Below, in pieces: positions 23,397-32,972 of a DNA stretch of 64,000 bases. Origin of the DNA: an uncultured bacterium (GTDB lineage: Bacteria > Bacillota > Clostridia > Oscillospirales > CAG-272). The notes beneath the pieces were generated by a model, which did not search any database, was not told where the DNA came from, and was given only the letters and a program-made list of their open reading frames with translations. Every line of letters begins with the position of its first letter. Position 1 is the stretch's first letter. Both the position numbers and the translations under genes were made by a program. Location of the stretch: positions 598-64,597 of the forward strand of contig CAMEJM010000007.1 of assembly GCA_945920215.1 (NCBI GenBank), given 5' to 3'.

Positions 23397-24284
23397 ATGA
23401 ATCATACAAAAAACACTCTATTCGACGGGGTCTGCACTGCGCTTGCCACCCCGTTCCGCGACGGTACCATAGACTGGGACGCCCTGCGCGAAATGATTGA
23501 TACGCAGATAGAAGGAGGCGTGAGCGCCGTCTGTATCTGCGGTACCACCGGGGAGGCGGCAACCCTGACGGACGGGGAGCGGCTCCAACTGGTCGCCCGC
23601 GCCGGAGAACTGATCGACGGCAGGGTGGATTACATCGTCGGGGTGGGTTCCCCCTCCACTTCCCGCTCCGTCTCTTACGCCCGCTTTGCCGCGGCGCACG
23701 GCGCGGACGCGCTGCTGGCGGTCACCCCGTACTATAACCGCGGCACGCGCGCCGGTATCACCGCGCACTTCAAAACCATTGCCGATTCCACCGAACTGCC
23801 GGTGATCCTCTATAACGTTCCCTCCCGCACGGGGGTCAACCTGACCGTTGCGCACATCGCCGAAATCGCACGCCACCCCAATATCCGCGGGCTCAAGGAA
23901 GCGGGGGATTCGCTTGACAAAATCGCGGATTTCATGGCGGAGCTGGGCGGCAGCATGAAGCTGTACTCCGGCAACGATTCCCAGTTCGTCCCCACGCTCT
24001 CTCTCGGCGGGAGCGGCATTGTATCGGTACTGTCTAACATCCTGCCGTCCGAGACGGTGGAGATCTGGCGCCTGTGGCGCGCGGGGAAAACAGAAGAGGC
24101 GGCAAAACTGCAACTGACCTTCCTGCCGCTCATCCGTCTTTTGTTTGCGGAAACCAATCCCGCCCCGCTCAAATGCGCTTTGGAAATGATGGGGCTCTGC
24201 ACCGGAGAGTTGCGGCTGCCTCTCTCTCCCGTCCCGGACGACTTGCGCCGGCGTATCGCAGAGCAGTTGGGGCTGATAAATTGA
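23397..24284 (+). CDS. dapA: 4-hydroxy-tetrahydrodipicolinate synthase
   Basis: GVCTALATPF..GTTGEAATLT..YNVPSRTG..GLKEA. Start at ATG 23397. The 343 aa upstream in the ORF track is antisense to queA. Confidence 0.93.
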   Translation: MNHTKNTLFDGVCTALATPFRDGTIDWDALREMIDTQIEGGVSAVCICGTTGEAATLTDGERLQLVARAGELIDGRVDYIVGVGSPSTSRSVSYARFAAAHGADALLAVTPYYNRGTRAGITAHFKTIADSTELPVILYNVPSRTGVNLTVAHIAEIARHPNIRGLKEAGDSLDKIADFMAELGGSMKLYSGNDSQFVPTLSLGGSGIVSVLSNILPSETVEIWRLWRAGKTEEAAKLQLTFLPLIRLLFAETNPAPLKCALEMMGLCTGELRLPLSPVPDDLRRRIAEQLGLIN

Positions 24285-24338
24285 CAAATCCGACCGCATA
24301 TGCTACAATTGTCCAAAACAGAAGCAGGATGACAGAAT

Positions 24339-25016
24339 ATGCGGATGCGCAGAAAAAAGCACGGCGCCGAACGGCTTGCCGCGCAGGCAAAATATCTTTT
24401 GGAAAAACCGGAAGCCCCCATCTCCTCCCCCGAACCTGTATTCGGGCGGGGGGGCGAGATGCGTCTTGAGATCGGGTGCGGCAAGGGCGGCTTTGCCTGC
24501 GGCATGGCGGCGGCATACCCCGACGTCAATTTCATCGCCATGGAAAAGGTACCCGACGTCATGGTCATCGCCGTCGAAACCGCGGAGGCAAGGCAGGAGG
24601 AGCGCACGCAGGACAACCTCCGCTTCTTCATCGGAGACGCGCACGATCTGCCCGCTTGGTTTGCCCCGGAAAGCCTTGACGCCATCTATCTGAATTTCAG
24701 CGACCCGTGGCCGAAAGCAAGACACGCAAAGCGCCGCCTCACGCACCGCGCCTTGATTGAAACGTATCTGAAGCTGCTGCGCGACGGCGGTCAGCTCCAC
24801 TTCAAAACCGACAACCGTCCGCTGTTTGACTTCACCTTGGAGGAACTCTCCGCGCTCGGCCTGACCCCCGACCTCGTCACCTACGACCTACATCATTCGC
24901 CCTATAACGAAGGAAATATCCGCACCGAATATGAGGACAACTTCTCCGCCAAGGGCTTTTCCATCAACGCCCTGCGCCTGACCGTACGCCACGCAAAGAC
25001 GGCAGAGCAGGCATAA
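24339..25016 (+). CDS. trmB: tRNA (guanine46-N7)-methyltransferase
   Basis: EIGCGKGGF..NFSDPWPK.RH.KRRL.. Confidence 0.9.
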   Translation: MRMRRKKHGAERLAAQAKYLLEKPEAPISSPEPVFGRGGEMRLEIGCGKGGFACGMAAAYPDVNFIAMEKVPDVMVIAVETAEARQEERTQDNLRFFIGDAHDLPAWFAPESLDAIYLNFSDPWPKARHAKRRLTHRALIETYLKLLRDGGQLHFKTDNRPLFDFTLEELSALGLTPDLVTYDLHHSPYNEGNIRTEYEDNFSAKGFSINALRLTVRHAKTAEQA

Positions 25017-25019
25017 CCC

Positions 25020-25274
25020 TTACAAACGGAGGCTCGGCGGGACGCGCCCGGCGAAGTCTTGGGCGCAGTGTACCAGATACATCAGCACGTCCTCTTTCGG
25101 CACGGCGGTATGATGAATATGCTCCCGGCTCTCGCGCTGCCCCGGATGCCCGATATGAGACCCCCCCTGCGCCGTGCTGCCCGCCCCGGGCGCGGGAAAG
25201 AGAAGCAGCAGCGCCAAGGCGGTCACAAGGAACGACAGCGCAATCAGTTTCAGTTTATTTCCCGGCTCCCGCAT
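25020..25274 (-). CDS. Hypothetical signal-anchored small protein (84 aa)
   Basis: GGAGAGAG SD 6 nt before ATG 25274, and one TM segment. No family recognised; weak call. Confidence 0.35.
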   Translation of the reverse strand: MREPGNKLKLIALSFLVTALALLLLFPAPGAGSTAQGGSHIGHPGQRESREHIHHTAVPKEDVLMYLVHCAQDFAGRVPPSLRL

Positions 25275-25465
25275 ATCGTTCTCTCTCCTTTTCTTTTTCG
25301 TATCAGACCTGCCGCGCAAGAAACGCGGAACGGCAACCGCCGCCGTTGTTTCTTTTCAATGATATTTTGCGAAAACAAGGACAAAAATATACTTGTAAAA
25401 CAATGCCGTCATTTGACCACAATATCAAAAACACGGGGCGCCGCCCCGCTTCGGAGGTAATCGCC

Positions 25466-25684
25466 GTGAAACAATTCCCGAAAAAGATCTTCGCCGTGCT
25501 GCGCAGCTTTAATCCCGCCGTCCGCCGCCGTTATGACGTCGCCGGAGAGGTGTATTCCAATCCGCATGATTCCGACCCTGCGTTCGCATATGCTTTCAAA
25601 GGGGAATACAAAATCAGCTTCCGTCAGGTGCTTGCCCTGCTCATGTGCCTCGGCTCTCTTGTCCTGTTCCGCCGCCGCAAATAA
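25466..25684 (+). CDS. Hypothetical tail-anchored small protein (72 aa)
   Basis: GGAGGT SD 7 nt before GTG 25466, and a C-terminal TM segment. Weak call. Confidence 0.3.
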   Translation: MKQFPKKIFAVLRSFNPAVRRRYDVAGEVYSNPHDSDPAFAYAFKGEYKISFRQVLALLMCLGSLVLFRRRK

Positions 25685-25791
25685 AGCCGCGGCGTAAAAA
25701 CCTCTTTGTGATTTTGCCGCGTGCCGCAGAGTGCGCGGTTTTTGTGTTTTCTCTCCCCGCCGGAAGCCGTCGGGTGCGGCGTGTTTGACGA

Positions 25792-25820
25792 TTGATTTTT
25801 CAGTCGTTTTTTTGTATAAT
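25792..25820 (+). promoter_or_regulatory. Candidate promoter for the radC pair
   Basis: TTGATT, 17 nt, TATAAT (25815-25820). Confidence 0.55.
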
Positions 25821-25852
25821 AACTCTATTGACAGGAAAGGAGGTGTCGCGAT

Positions 25853-26572
25853 ATGGCGATGCACACCGGGCACAGACAACGCATGAAAGAAAAATTCGAG
25901 CGTGACGGCTTTGAAAACTTTGCCGACCACGAGGTTCTGGAGACCCTGCTCTTCTATGCGATTCCCTACCGCGACACCAATCCCACCGCGCATGAACTGA
26001 TTGACCGCGGCGGTACCCTTTGGGGTGCCCTGCATCTGTCCGACGGGCAGGTGACCGGAGTGCCACTGTGCGGAGAACACGCCGCGCTGTTCCTGAAGCT
26101 GTTCGCGGAAGCGGGACGGCGCGCCGCCGGCGCCTGCATTTCGGGGGAGTGCTACGATTCCCGCGCCGCCCTGCGGCAGTTGGCTCTCAAAACGGCAGAG
26201 AACGCTGCGGGAGACGAAACCTATTTGGTTTTATTTGATAATCATTACCGTGTTCTCTCCACCCGTCTTGTGTTCCGCGGCTATTATGCGTCTGCCGCGT
26301 TCCGCGCCAAATCGGTAGCCGAACCGGCTCTGCTCGCCCGTGCCTCCATGGCGATGCTGGTCTCCACCCACGCAAACAGGATCGCCCGCCCCGACCCCTA
26401 CGAAGCAGAAGCCTCCCGCTATCTTGCCCGTTCGCTTTCCCTCGTGGGCATCAAACTGTTGGATCATTTCATTGCCGCGGCGGGGATCTGCACCTCGGCG
26501 CTGACCGCGGGCGCGGCAGCAGGCAACAGCCATCCCTGCGCCATGATTGCCAACAAGGAGGAGCCGCGATGA
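25853..26572 (+). CDS. RadC-like protein with degenerate JAB/MPN metal motif
   Basis: The N-terminus HRQRMKEKF..G...F.DHEVLE.LLFY is RadC-like. The position of HNHPSG..PS reads STHANRIARPD. Confidence 0.7.
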   Translation: MAMHTGHRQRMKEKFERDGFENFADHEVLETLLFYAIPYRDTNPTAHELIDRGGTLWGALHLSDGQVTGVPLCGEHAALFLKLFAEAGRRAAGACISGECYDSRAALRQLALKTAENAAGDETYLVLFDNHYRVLSTRLVFRGYYASAAFRAKSVAEPALLARASMAMLVSTHANRIARPDPYEAEASRYLARSLSLVGIKLLDHFIAAAGICTSALTAGAAAGNSHPCAMIANKEEPR

Positions 26573-27246
26573 AAGCCTATCACGAGCTGGTGGATCTCCG
26601 AGAAAATCTGCGCGGCAAAGACATGGCGGCTCTGACAGACCAAGAACTGCTGACCGCGCTGCTTTCCTATACCGAGCCGACAGGGGCGAGGGAACTCGCC
26701 GCGAAACTCCTCGATACATTCGGCGGTATCTCCGACGTTTTGCTTGCAAGCGACCGGTCGCTCGGCGCATGCGGCGTCAGCCGGCACGCCTCCTCTCTTT
26801 TGCGGATGCTTCTGCCCGCCTATGGGCGCGCCATGCTTTCGGAAATTCCCGCAGACACTCGTTTTGACACCGTGGAAAAGCTCGGCGATTATTTTTCGAG
26901 ACGCTTCTGCGGTATCTCGGTAGAAACCGTGTACATGATGCTGCTCCGAGAAGACTATACCCTAATCGACTGCCGCCGCGTGGCGCGCGGCTCCGTGAAC
27001 TCCGCCAATCTCAACACCCGCGCCCTGGTGGAAACGGCGCTCTTCTGCGGCGCCTCGTTCGTCGCGCTTGCGCACAATCACCCCGGCGGCAGTACGGTTC
27101 CCTCTCAATGCGACATCACCACGACGGTCAATCTGAAAAGCGCCTTTGAAACGGTGGGCATTCAGCTCCTTGATCATCTGGTGGTGGCAGGAGACCGCTA
27201 TGTCCCCATTCTGCTCTCCTCCGGGGAGCTGTGCCGGGAAACCTGA
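26569..27246 (+). CDS. radC: RadC-family JAB/MPN domain protein
   Basis: The ALAHNHPGGSTVPSQCD JAMM motif is intact. ATGA overlap with the upstream paralog. Confidence 0.85.
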   Translation: MKAYHELVDLRENLRGKDMAALTDQELLTALLSYTEPTGARELAAKLLDTFGGISDVLLASDRSLGACGVSRHASSLLRMLLPAYGRAMLSEIPADTRFDTVEKLGDYFSRRFCGISVETVYMMLLREDYTLIDCRRVARGSVNSANLNTRALVETALFCGASFVALAHNHPGGSTVPSQCDITTTVNLKSAFETVGIQLLDHLVVAGDRYVPILLSSGELCRET

Positions 27247-27488
27247 TTCCGCACTGCTGTTTTCCCGGGGTGATTTTCCGGTTGTTACCGCCCGCCGCGG
27301 TGAACGCGCCCTGCAATACGGGTACGGTCGCCTGCGCGGGCCTTTTTTTGTCACTGATACACAAACCCGTCAGGAAAATGTGTGCGGATTTGCGCTTGAC
27401 GGTCCCTTGCTTGTCTTGTATAATCTATCTATACAAAAGTCTATCTCAATAGATATGTGTAAATCATTCATCACTCAGGAGGATTTTT

Positions 27489-30422
27489 ATGAAACACCTT
27501 TGGAAAGTGCTTGCAGCTCTGCTGCTTGTCTGCACATTGGTTGTTTGTCTTGCCGCGTGCGGAGAAGATACCCCCGCCCCTACGCCCGACGGTAACGGCG
27601 GCAACAATAACAATGGTGGAACCACTGTTCTCGATGATATTGACATCAGCGAGATCAAACTCAAGGACGTTGTCTTTGACTATGACGGCGACTTCCACAA
27701 AATTGAGGGAAAAACCTACTACACCGGAAAAACCAATCTCAACAACCGCGTTGAAGTCCGTTATGAGATCTGGAAGGACGGCGTAAAGGTTGCCGACGGC
27801 TCCGACGGCGTCAAAGACGTCGGCGTGTACGAGCTTCGTTTGATCTTCTCGGCGGAGGGGTACAAGGAAGCGACCGTCACCTCTACCCTGACGATCAATA
27901 AGACCGAAACCATTACATACGCCCTCGGTCTGCCCACCACCGCTCCCGTCGGCACAGAAATGACGGTCGGCAGCGACAACCCGGAGCGCTATTCGACCAG
28001 CTCCGTGGGTCTGACGCTGGGCACGGCAACCCTGCAGGGGTATAAGTTCAAGGGCTGGTACAAGACGGCTGCCTGCCCGGATTCCGATTTGGTCACCGCC
28101 ATTGACGGAAAGGACTATACCGGTTCCATCACCCTGTATGCGAAGTTCCAGAAATACGTCGATTACCCGACTCCTTATGTGTACTCGACTGCCGTGACCG
28201 AGAAGCCCGCGCAGCTTCCCGCCATTCCCGGCTATGACAAAATGATCGAAGACTCCTTCAAGTTGCTTGACATGAGTATGCTCACTGCCGAAAGCACAGA
28301 GGATATGACTTTCAAATATGAGACGCCTGACAAGAGTAGTTATTATTTCAAACGCAACGACAGCGAGCTGACCGCAGGCGGTCAGTACGCATTCCAGTGG
28401 TTGGACTACAACGACACCTTGACCGTCAGCAACTGGAACGGCACTGAGTCTTCTTACGAGGCAGGCGACGGTATATACAACGGCTGCATCTCTTTCTACG
28501 CTCCTCTGTCCGGCTACGGAGCGAGCGACTACAATACGGTTGAGTTCTGGCTCTATTGCGCGAACACTACCGTCACGGAAGCGAATCCCGCAGGCGATAA
28601 CATTTATCTGATCCTGTTCGGCAAAACGGACAACGATACCCGCCGTATCAGCATTCCGCTGAATTTCTCCGGCTGGAAGAAGTTCTCCTTTGCATACAGC
28701 GATTTCAACACCATCGGCTCGGTCGACACCATCGGCAAAGTGCAGATTACCGCAAGTACCCTGTACGGCTCCGAAGCGACGCTGTCTCAGAACAAGACGA
28801 CCAACTTCATCTACCTCTCCGATATGTTCCTGACCAACCGCAAGACCTCCTACAATGTCAGCCCCAACTTCGGCGACGCAGAGCTGGTCAAAGTGCTTGA
28901 GAACTACGGGGAACTGACTACCAAGGCGGACATGACCGACGCGCAGGTTGCAAGCGTCGTGGATGCCCTCAATGACCTCACGGTAAGCACTACCACAACG
29001 CCGTGGTCCGACCTGGACATCACCACAGGCGAGGGTTATGCCGAAGTTTACAACCGTCTGATGGGACTTGCCATGAGCTGGAACTGCAAGACCAGCACTT
29101 ACTTCCATCAGGAAGAGCTTCTGAACAAGATGGTATCCGTGCTGAACTTCATGACCCCCGTCGGCTATGATCTGATCGATACCGCCAGCGCCGACCTCAA
29201 CGCGCGCTATGCGATGCCTAACCTGGTCGGAGTCGTGAACCTCATCGGCGACTATATCGAACCGGCGCACGCCAAGGCTTGGCTGCTGCCCGCTCTGTAC
29301 TTCTTCCCGTCCTCCGTCGGCGAGGGTGAAGAGGCGTTGCTCTCCGCATGGGTTTACGCAAGTGCCAATCTTGCGATGGGCAACAAGCGCGAGGCGGTTG
29401 ACGGCTTCCGTCAGTTCACCTCCCTGTTCTCCGAAGAGAAGCTCACGCTCGGTACCAATCAGCCCGGTTCCGAAACCGCCAGCTATATGAGCCTGCTGGC
29501 AGCCGCAAAGGGCACCGCGCTTATTCCGAGCGATCCCACTTTCATCAACGATATGTTCGCATGGTTCTACACCTGCATCGACAGCGTTCTGTGGAACGGT
29601 TCTCCGTTTATCACGGACCAGGATTCTCTTGATACCTTCGTTGCCTCCCTGCGTGCGATGCTCCTGCTCTACGATATGGCGCCCGAAACCACGCAGAACA
29701 AATTTGCGGCAACCGTGAAGTACTATCTGGCGCAGAACACCAATGTATATTTCAATCTGGAGACCCTGCTTGCCGACTCCATGATGTTTGACATGGAAAA
29801 GACCGCGCTTGACGCCATCAAGGCAAACACCGTAGCGGCTGATACCCAAAGCGCGCACATCTCCTACATCAACGAATCCATCGGTCAGGCAATTTACAGA
29901 AGCGAAAGCTACAACATGGTGATTACCGCCGACGGTACTCCGAGAATTATCGGCAAGAGCGGTGTGGTGCTTGAAAGCGGTCCTTACACCGTGTTCAAGG
30001 GTCTGGCGACCGATGACGCGCTTGCACTCATTGCGGGCAACAACCTGGTGATCGCAATGGACAATGACATCACGGTCAACACGGAAGGCGGCATAGCTTA
30101 CGCGGTCAACGGGGACATCGGCGCCTATATCATCACCGATGACGGGAAGAGCAGCAAGTTCACAGGCAGCGACGCCCTGATTACCCAATCCAATACCGCA
30201 CTGATCGTGATTACCAAGCAGAACGCGGACGGCACCATCACCTGCACCGTCTATAACTACCTGAATTCCACCGAGGAAATCAAGTTGTTTGTCAACGGTC
30301 TGTATGATATCGTGGAAAACGTGGCGGCATTTGAAGCAACCATTGAAAGCGGAAAGACCTTGGTCTCCATTGTCGATGGCGCCTCCAACGTCTACACCTT
30401 TACGCTGGAATCCATCGAATAA
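27489..30422 (+). CDS. Large surface lipoprotein (977 aa) with a Listeria-Bacteroides (InlB B-type) repeat; function unknown, possibly glycan-acting
   Basis: Lipobox LAAC-G after a hydrophobic signal, then a GGNNNNGG linker. The repeat is LQGYKFKGWYKTAACPDSDLVTAIDGKDYTGSITLYAKF. AGGAGG SD. Confidence 0.8.
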   Translation: MKHLWKVLAALLLVCTLVVCLAACGEDTPAPTPDGNGGNNNNGGTTVLDDIDISEIKLKDVVFDYDGDFHKIEGKTYYTGKTNLNNRVEVRYEIWKDGVKVADGSDGVKDVGVYELRLIFSAEGYKEATVTSTLTINKTETITYALGLPTTAPVGTEMTVGSDNPERYSTSSVGLTLGTATLQGYKFKGWYKTAACPDSDLVTAIDGKDYTGSITLYAKFQKYVDYPTPYVYSTAVTEKPAQLPAIPGYDKMIEDSFKLLDMSMLTAESTEDMTFKYETPDKSSYYFKRNDSELTAGGQYAFQWLDYNDTLTVSNWNGTESSYEAGDGIYNGCISFYAPLSGYGASDYNTVEFWLYCANTTVTEANPAGDNIYLILFGKTDNDTRRISIPLNFSGWKKFSFAYSDFNTIGSVDTIGKVQITASTLYGSEATLSQNKTTNFIYLSDMFLTNRKTSYNVSPNFGDAELVKVLENYGELTTKADMTDAQVASVVDALNDLTVSTTTTPWSDLDITTGEGYAEVYNRLMGLAMSWNCKTSTYFHQEELLNKMVSVLNFMTPVGYDLIDTASADLNARYAMPNLVGVVNLIGDYIEPAHAKAWLLPALYFFPSSVGEGEEALLSAWVYASANLAMGNKREAVDGFRQFTSLFSEEKLTLGTNQPGSETASYMSLLAAAKGTALIPSDPTFINDMFAWFYTCIDSVLWNGSPFITDQDSLDTFVASLRAMLLLYDMAPETTQNKFAATVKYYLAQNTNVYFNLETLLADSMMFDMEKTALDAIKANTVAADTQSAHISYINESIGQAIYRSESYNMVITADGTPRIIGKSGVVLESGPYTVFKGLATDDALALIAGNNLVIAMDNDITVNTEGGIAYAVNGDIGAYIITDDGKSSKFTGSDALITQSNTALIVITKQNADGTITCTVYNYLNSTEEIKLFVNGLYDIVENVAAFEATIESGKTLVSIVDGASNVYTFTLESIE

Positions 30423-30475
30423 GTCTCTTTCAAGTGGCGCGGCGGTTTCCCGCCTTGCCACACGCGAAATACCCT

Positions 30476-30507
30476 GCCGCGGCAGCTTAGGCTGCCGCGG
30501 CTTTTTT
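30476..30507 (+). terminator. Rho-independent terminator after the lipoprotein gene
   Basis: gccgcggcagc / gctgccgcggc stem with a ttag loop, followed by TTTTTT. Confidence 0.85.
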
Positions 30508-30671
30508 CGTGCTGCCGGGGATGCCCCAGGAAATCGGAAACGTCTTTTTTCGCCCCCGCCGCATTTCCCGAGAAATATTTTCCCTCACACCGCGCACAAG
30601 TCGTCGTCCACGCCCGACAATAGAAAAATGCCAACCGGCGTACCCGTCTGGGATTCTCTCCGGCGAAAGCA

Positions 30672-30721
30672 TAAAAACACAGCACACCATTCTTCCGTAC
30701 AAAGCAGAAGCATGGTGTGCT
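30672..30721 (-). terminator. Candidate terminator after pyk
   Basis: Long imperfect stem agcacaccat..atggtgtgct, followed by a GTGTTTTTA-type U tract on the minus strand. Confidence 0.5.
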
Positions 30722-30819
30722 TTCATCAATCGTATTTTTCCTGTATACAGGGATATGATTCTCTTGCGGCAACAGACAAGCGCCGTTGCTGACTTTTCAT
30801 CATTCTTGCCGCTCCCGAA

Positions 30820-32244
30820 TCAGTCCACCGTGACCACCTTCAGAACGTTGGTGGTTCCCGTCTGCCCGAGAGGTGCGCCGGCGGTGATGACCACTTTATC
30901 CCCGCACGTGACCACGTCCGCGTTCTTGGCGCAATCGATGGCATGGCGGTACAGGTTGTCGGCATTGCTCTGGTGCAGGGCAAGCACCGGAATCACGCCC
31001 CACGACAGCGCGAGCTGATGGAAAGTCTTGCGGTCGGGAGTTGCCGCCACAATCGGCTCCTTGGGACGGAACTTGGATACGCGGCGCGCGGAAAGACCCG
31101 ATTCGGTGACCGCCACAATGGCTTTCGCGTGCAGGTCGCGCGAGAGGGTGCAGGCGGCGTCGCAGACCGCGCCGGTCGTATCGTTCAAATCATGGTCGTA
31201 ATAGATATTGCCGAACGCGTTCTGTTCCAGCGCGTCCTGCTCCGCCTGTTCCACGATCTTGCTCATCACGCTGACCACGTGCGCGGGGTCGTCGCCCATC
31301 GCCGTCTCCCCGGATAGCATCACCGCGGAGGTGCCGTCGAACACGGCGTTCGCCACGTCGCTGATTTCGGCTCTGGTCGGGGTAGCGGAATGAATCATGG
31401 ATTCCAGCATCTGCGTGGCGGTGATAACCATCTTGCCGGAACGGTAGCAGGCGCGAATAAAGCGCTTCTGAATACCGGGCAGGCGCTCAAACTCGATCTC
31501 CACGCCCATATCGCCGCGCGCCACCATGATACCGTCGGCGTATTTCAGGATCTCCTCGAAGTTTTCCACGCCCTCATTGTTCTCAATCTTGGCAATGATA
31601 CGGATTTTATGCCCGCCGTAATAATCCAGGAATTTCCGCATGGTGATGACGTCCTCGGCGCGGCGCACAAAGGAGGCTGCCACAAAGTCCACGTCATGCT
31701 CAATGCCGAACAGCAGATCCTTCTCGTCGCGCTCCGACATGAACGGCATATTCAGGTGAATGTAAGGGAGATTGATCCCCTTGCGGTTGGTCACCTTGCC
31801 GCCCGTTTCTACGCGGCAAATCACTTCTGTCTCATTGGTCTTCTGTACCGTCAGCACCACGCGCCCGTCGTCGATCAGAATACGGTTGCCCTCGGTCAGC
31901 TCCCGCGGCAGGTCTGCATAGCTGACCCAAACGCGCTGCTCATCCCCTTCCGTTTCCTCGGTGGTCAGAGTAAAGGTTTGCCCGTTCTTCAGGACGATTC
32001 CGTTCGGGTCCTTGAAGGTGCCGAGGCGGATTTCCGGACCCTTGGTGTCCAGCATCACGGCAGCCGGCATTTTCAGAAGATCGCGTACACGGCGGAACAT
32101 GGCGATGGTCTTTTCATGCTCCTCGTGCGTGCCGTGCGAGAAGTTCAGGCGTGCGACGTTCATCCCCGCGCGCAGCATCTGTTCCATGACCGCTTCATTG
32201 GTACTGGCAGGACCCAACGTGCATACGATTTTTGTTTTTTTCAT
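30820..32244 (-). CDS. pyk: Pyruvate kinase
   Basis: KTKIVCTLGPAS..NVARLNFSHG..MVARGDMGVEI. 474 aa from ATG 32244. Confidence 0.95.
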   Translation of the reverse strand: MKKTKIVCTLGPASTNEAVMEQMLRAGMNVARLNFSHGTHEEHEKTIAMFRRVRDLLKMPAAVMLDTKGPEIRLGTFKDPNGIVLKNGQTFTLTTEETEGDEQRVWVSYADLPRELTEGNRILIDDGRVVLTVQKTNETEVICRVETGGKVTNRKGINLPYIHLNMPFMSERDEKDLLFGIEHDVDFVAASFVRRAEDVITMRKFLDYYGGHKIRIIAKIENNEGVENFEEILKYADGIMVARGDMGVEIEFERLPGIQKRFIRACYRSGKMVITATQMLESMIHSATPTRAEISDVANAVFDGTSAVMLSGETAMGDDPAHVVSVMSKIVEQAEQDALEQNAFGNIYYDHDLNDTTGAVCDAACTLSRDLHAKAIVAVTESGLSARRVSKFRPKEPIVAATPDRKTFHQLALSWGVIPVLALHQSNADNLYRHAIDCAKNADVVTCGDKVVITAGAPLGQTGTTNVLKVVTVD

Positions 32245-32454
32245 GACGAATCTATCTCCTTTGACGCCGCGCACGGCGTCTCTAACTGTATAGCGCCTAC
32301 ATTTTAACATACTATTCCTCCGTTTTCAAGGGCGGTACGGGAGTTTCGGGCAAATTTGCGCCCGTCTGCCTCCCTTGACTTTCCCATACAAAAATTTTAT
32401 AATAAAAACACCGGGTTGAAAACGCCCCGAAACCTCCCAAAGAAAGGAGACCCC

Positions 32455-32769
32455 ATGGAACTGACTCTTACCGATAAAAACTTTGATTCCGAGGTGCTTG
32501 CCTGCCCCTCGCTTGTCCTTGTGGATTTTTACGCCGTCTGGTGCGGCCCCTGCGCCATGATTGCGCCCCACGTTGCCGCGCTGGCAGAGGAATATCCCGC
32601 TTTGAAGGTCTGCCGCCTCGATGTGGATGAGGCCTCCGGCATTGCCGCGCGCTATGCCGTGCAGTCCATTCCCACCCTGATGTATTTCCGCGGCGGTCAG
32701 TTAATCAAGACTCTGGTCGGCTACCGCACCCTTGCGGAGCTGAAAGCAGAAACGGAGGCGCTGCTGTGA
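32455..32769 (+). CDS. trxA: Thioredoxin
   Basis: WCGPC active site; 104 aa from ATG 32455 (AAGGAGA SD). Confidence 0.9.
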   Translation: MELTLTDKNFDSEVLACPSLVLVDFYAVWCGPCAMIAPHVAALAEEYPALKVCRLDVDEASGIAARYAVQSIPTLMYFRGGQLIKTLVGYRTLAELKAETEALL

Positions 32770-32960
32770 GCGTGCGCCTGAATCCGGACGCCGAAGCGGT
32801 GCGCCGTATCATGCGCGGTCTGGAAGCCAAAGAGGGCTTTTGCCCCTGCCGCGTCGAAAAAACCGAAGAGAACCGTTGTATCTGCCGTGAATTCCGGGAG
32901 CAGCTTGAAGACCCGTCCTTCCACGGTTACTGTCACTGCCGCCTGTATTATAAGGAATAA
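32766..32960 (+). CDS. Ferredoxin-thioredoxin reductase catalytic-subunit-like protein
   Basis: CPCR...C.C.EF....DP.F.G.CHC.LY pattern. GTGA overlap with trxA. Confidence 0.75.
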   Translation: MSVRLNPDAEAVRRIMRGLEAKEGFCPCRVEKTEENRCICREFREQLEDPSFHGYCHCRLYYKE

Positions 32961-32972
32961 TTCTGCTTTATC

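Noticed and set aside
27471-30461. 996-aa minus-strand ORF, the longest ORF in the region
   Set aside because: It is an exact antisense shadow of the lipoprotein gene. Its G/V/D/R-rich composition is low-complexity, and it has no SD or recognisable motif. The plus-strand frame has a lipobox signal, an SD and a terminator.
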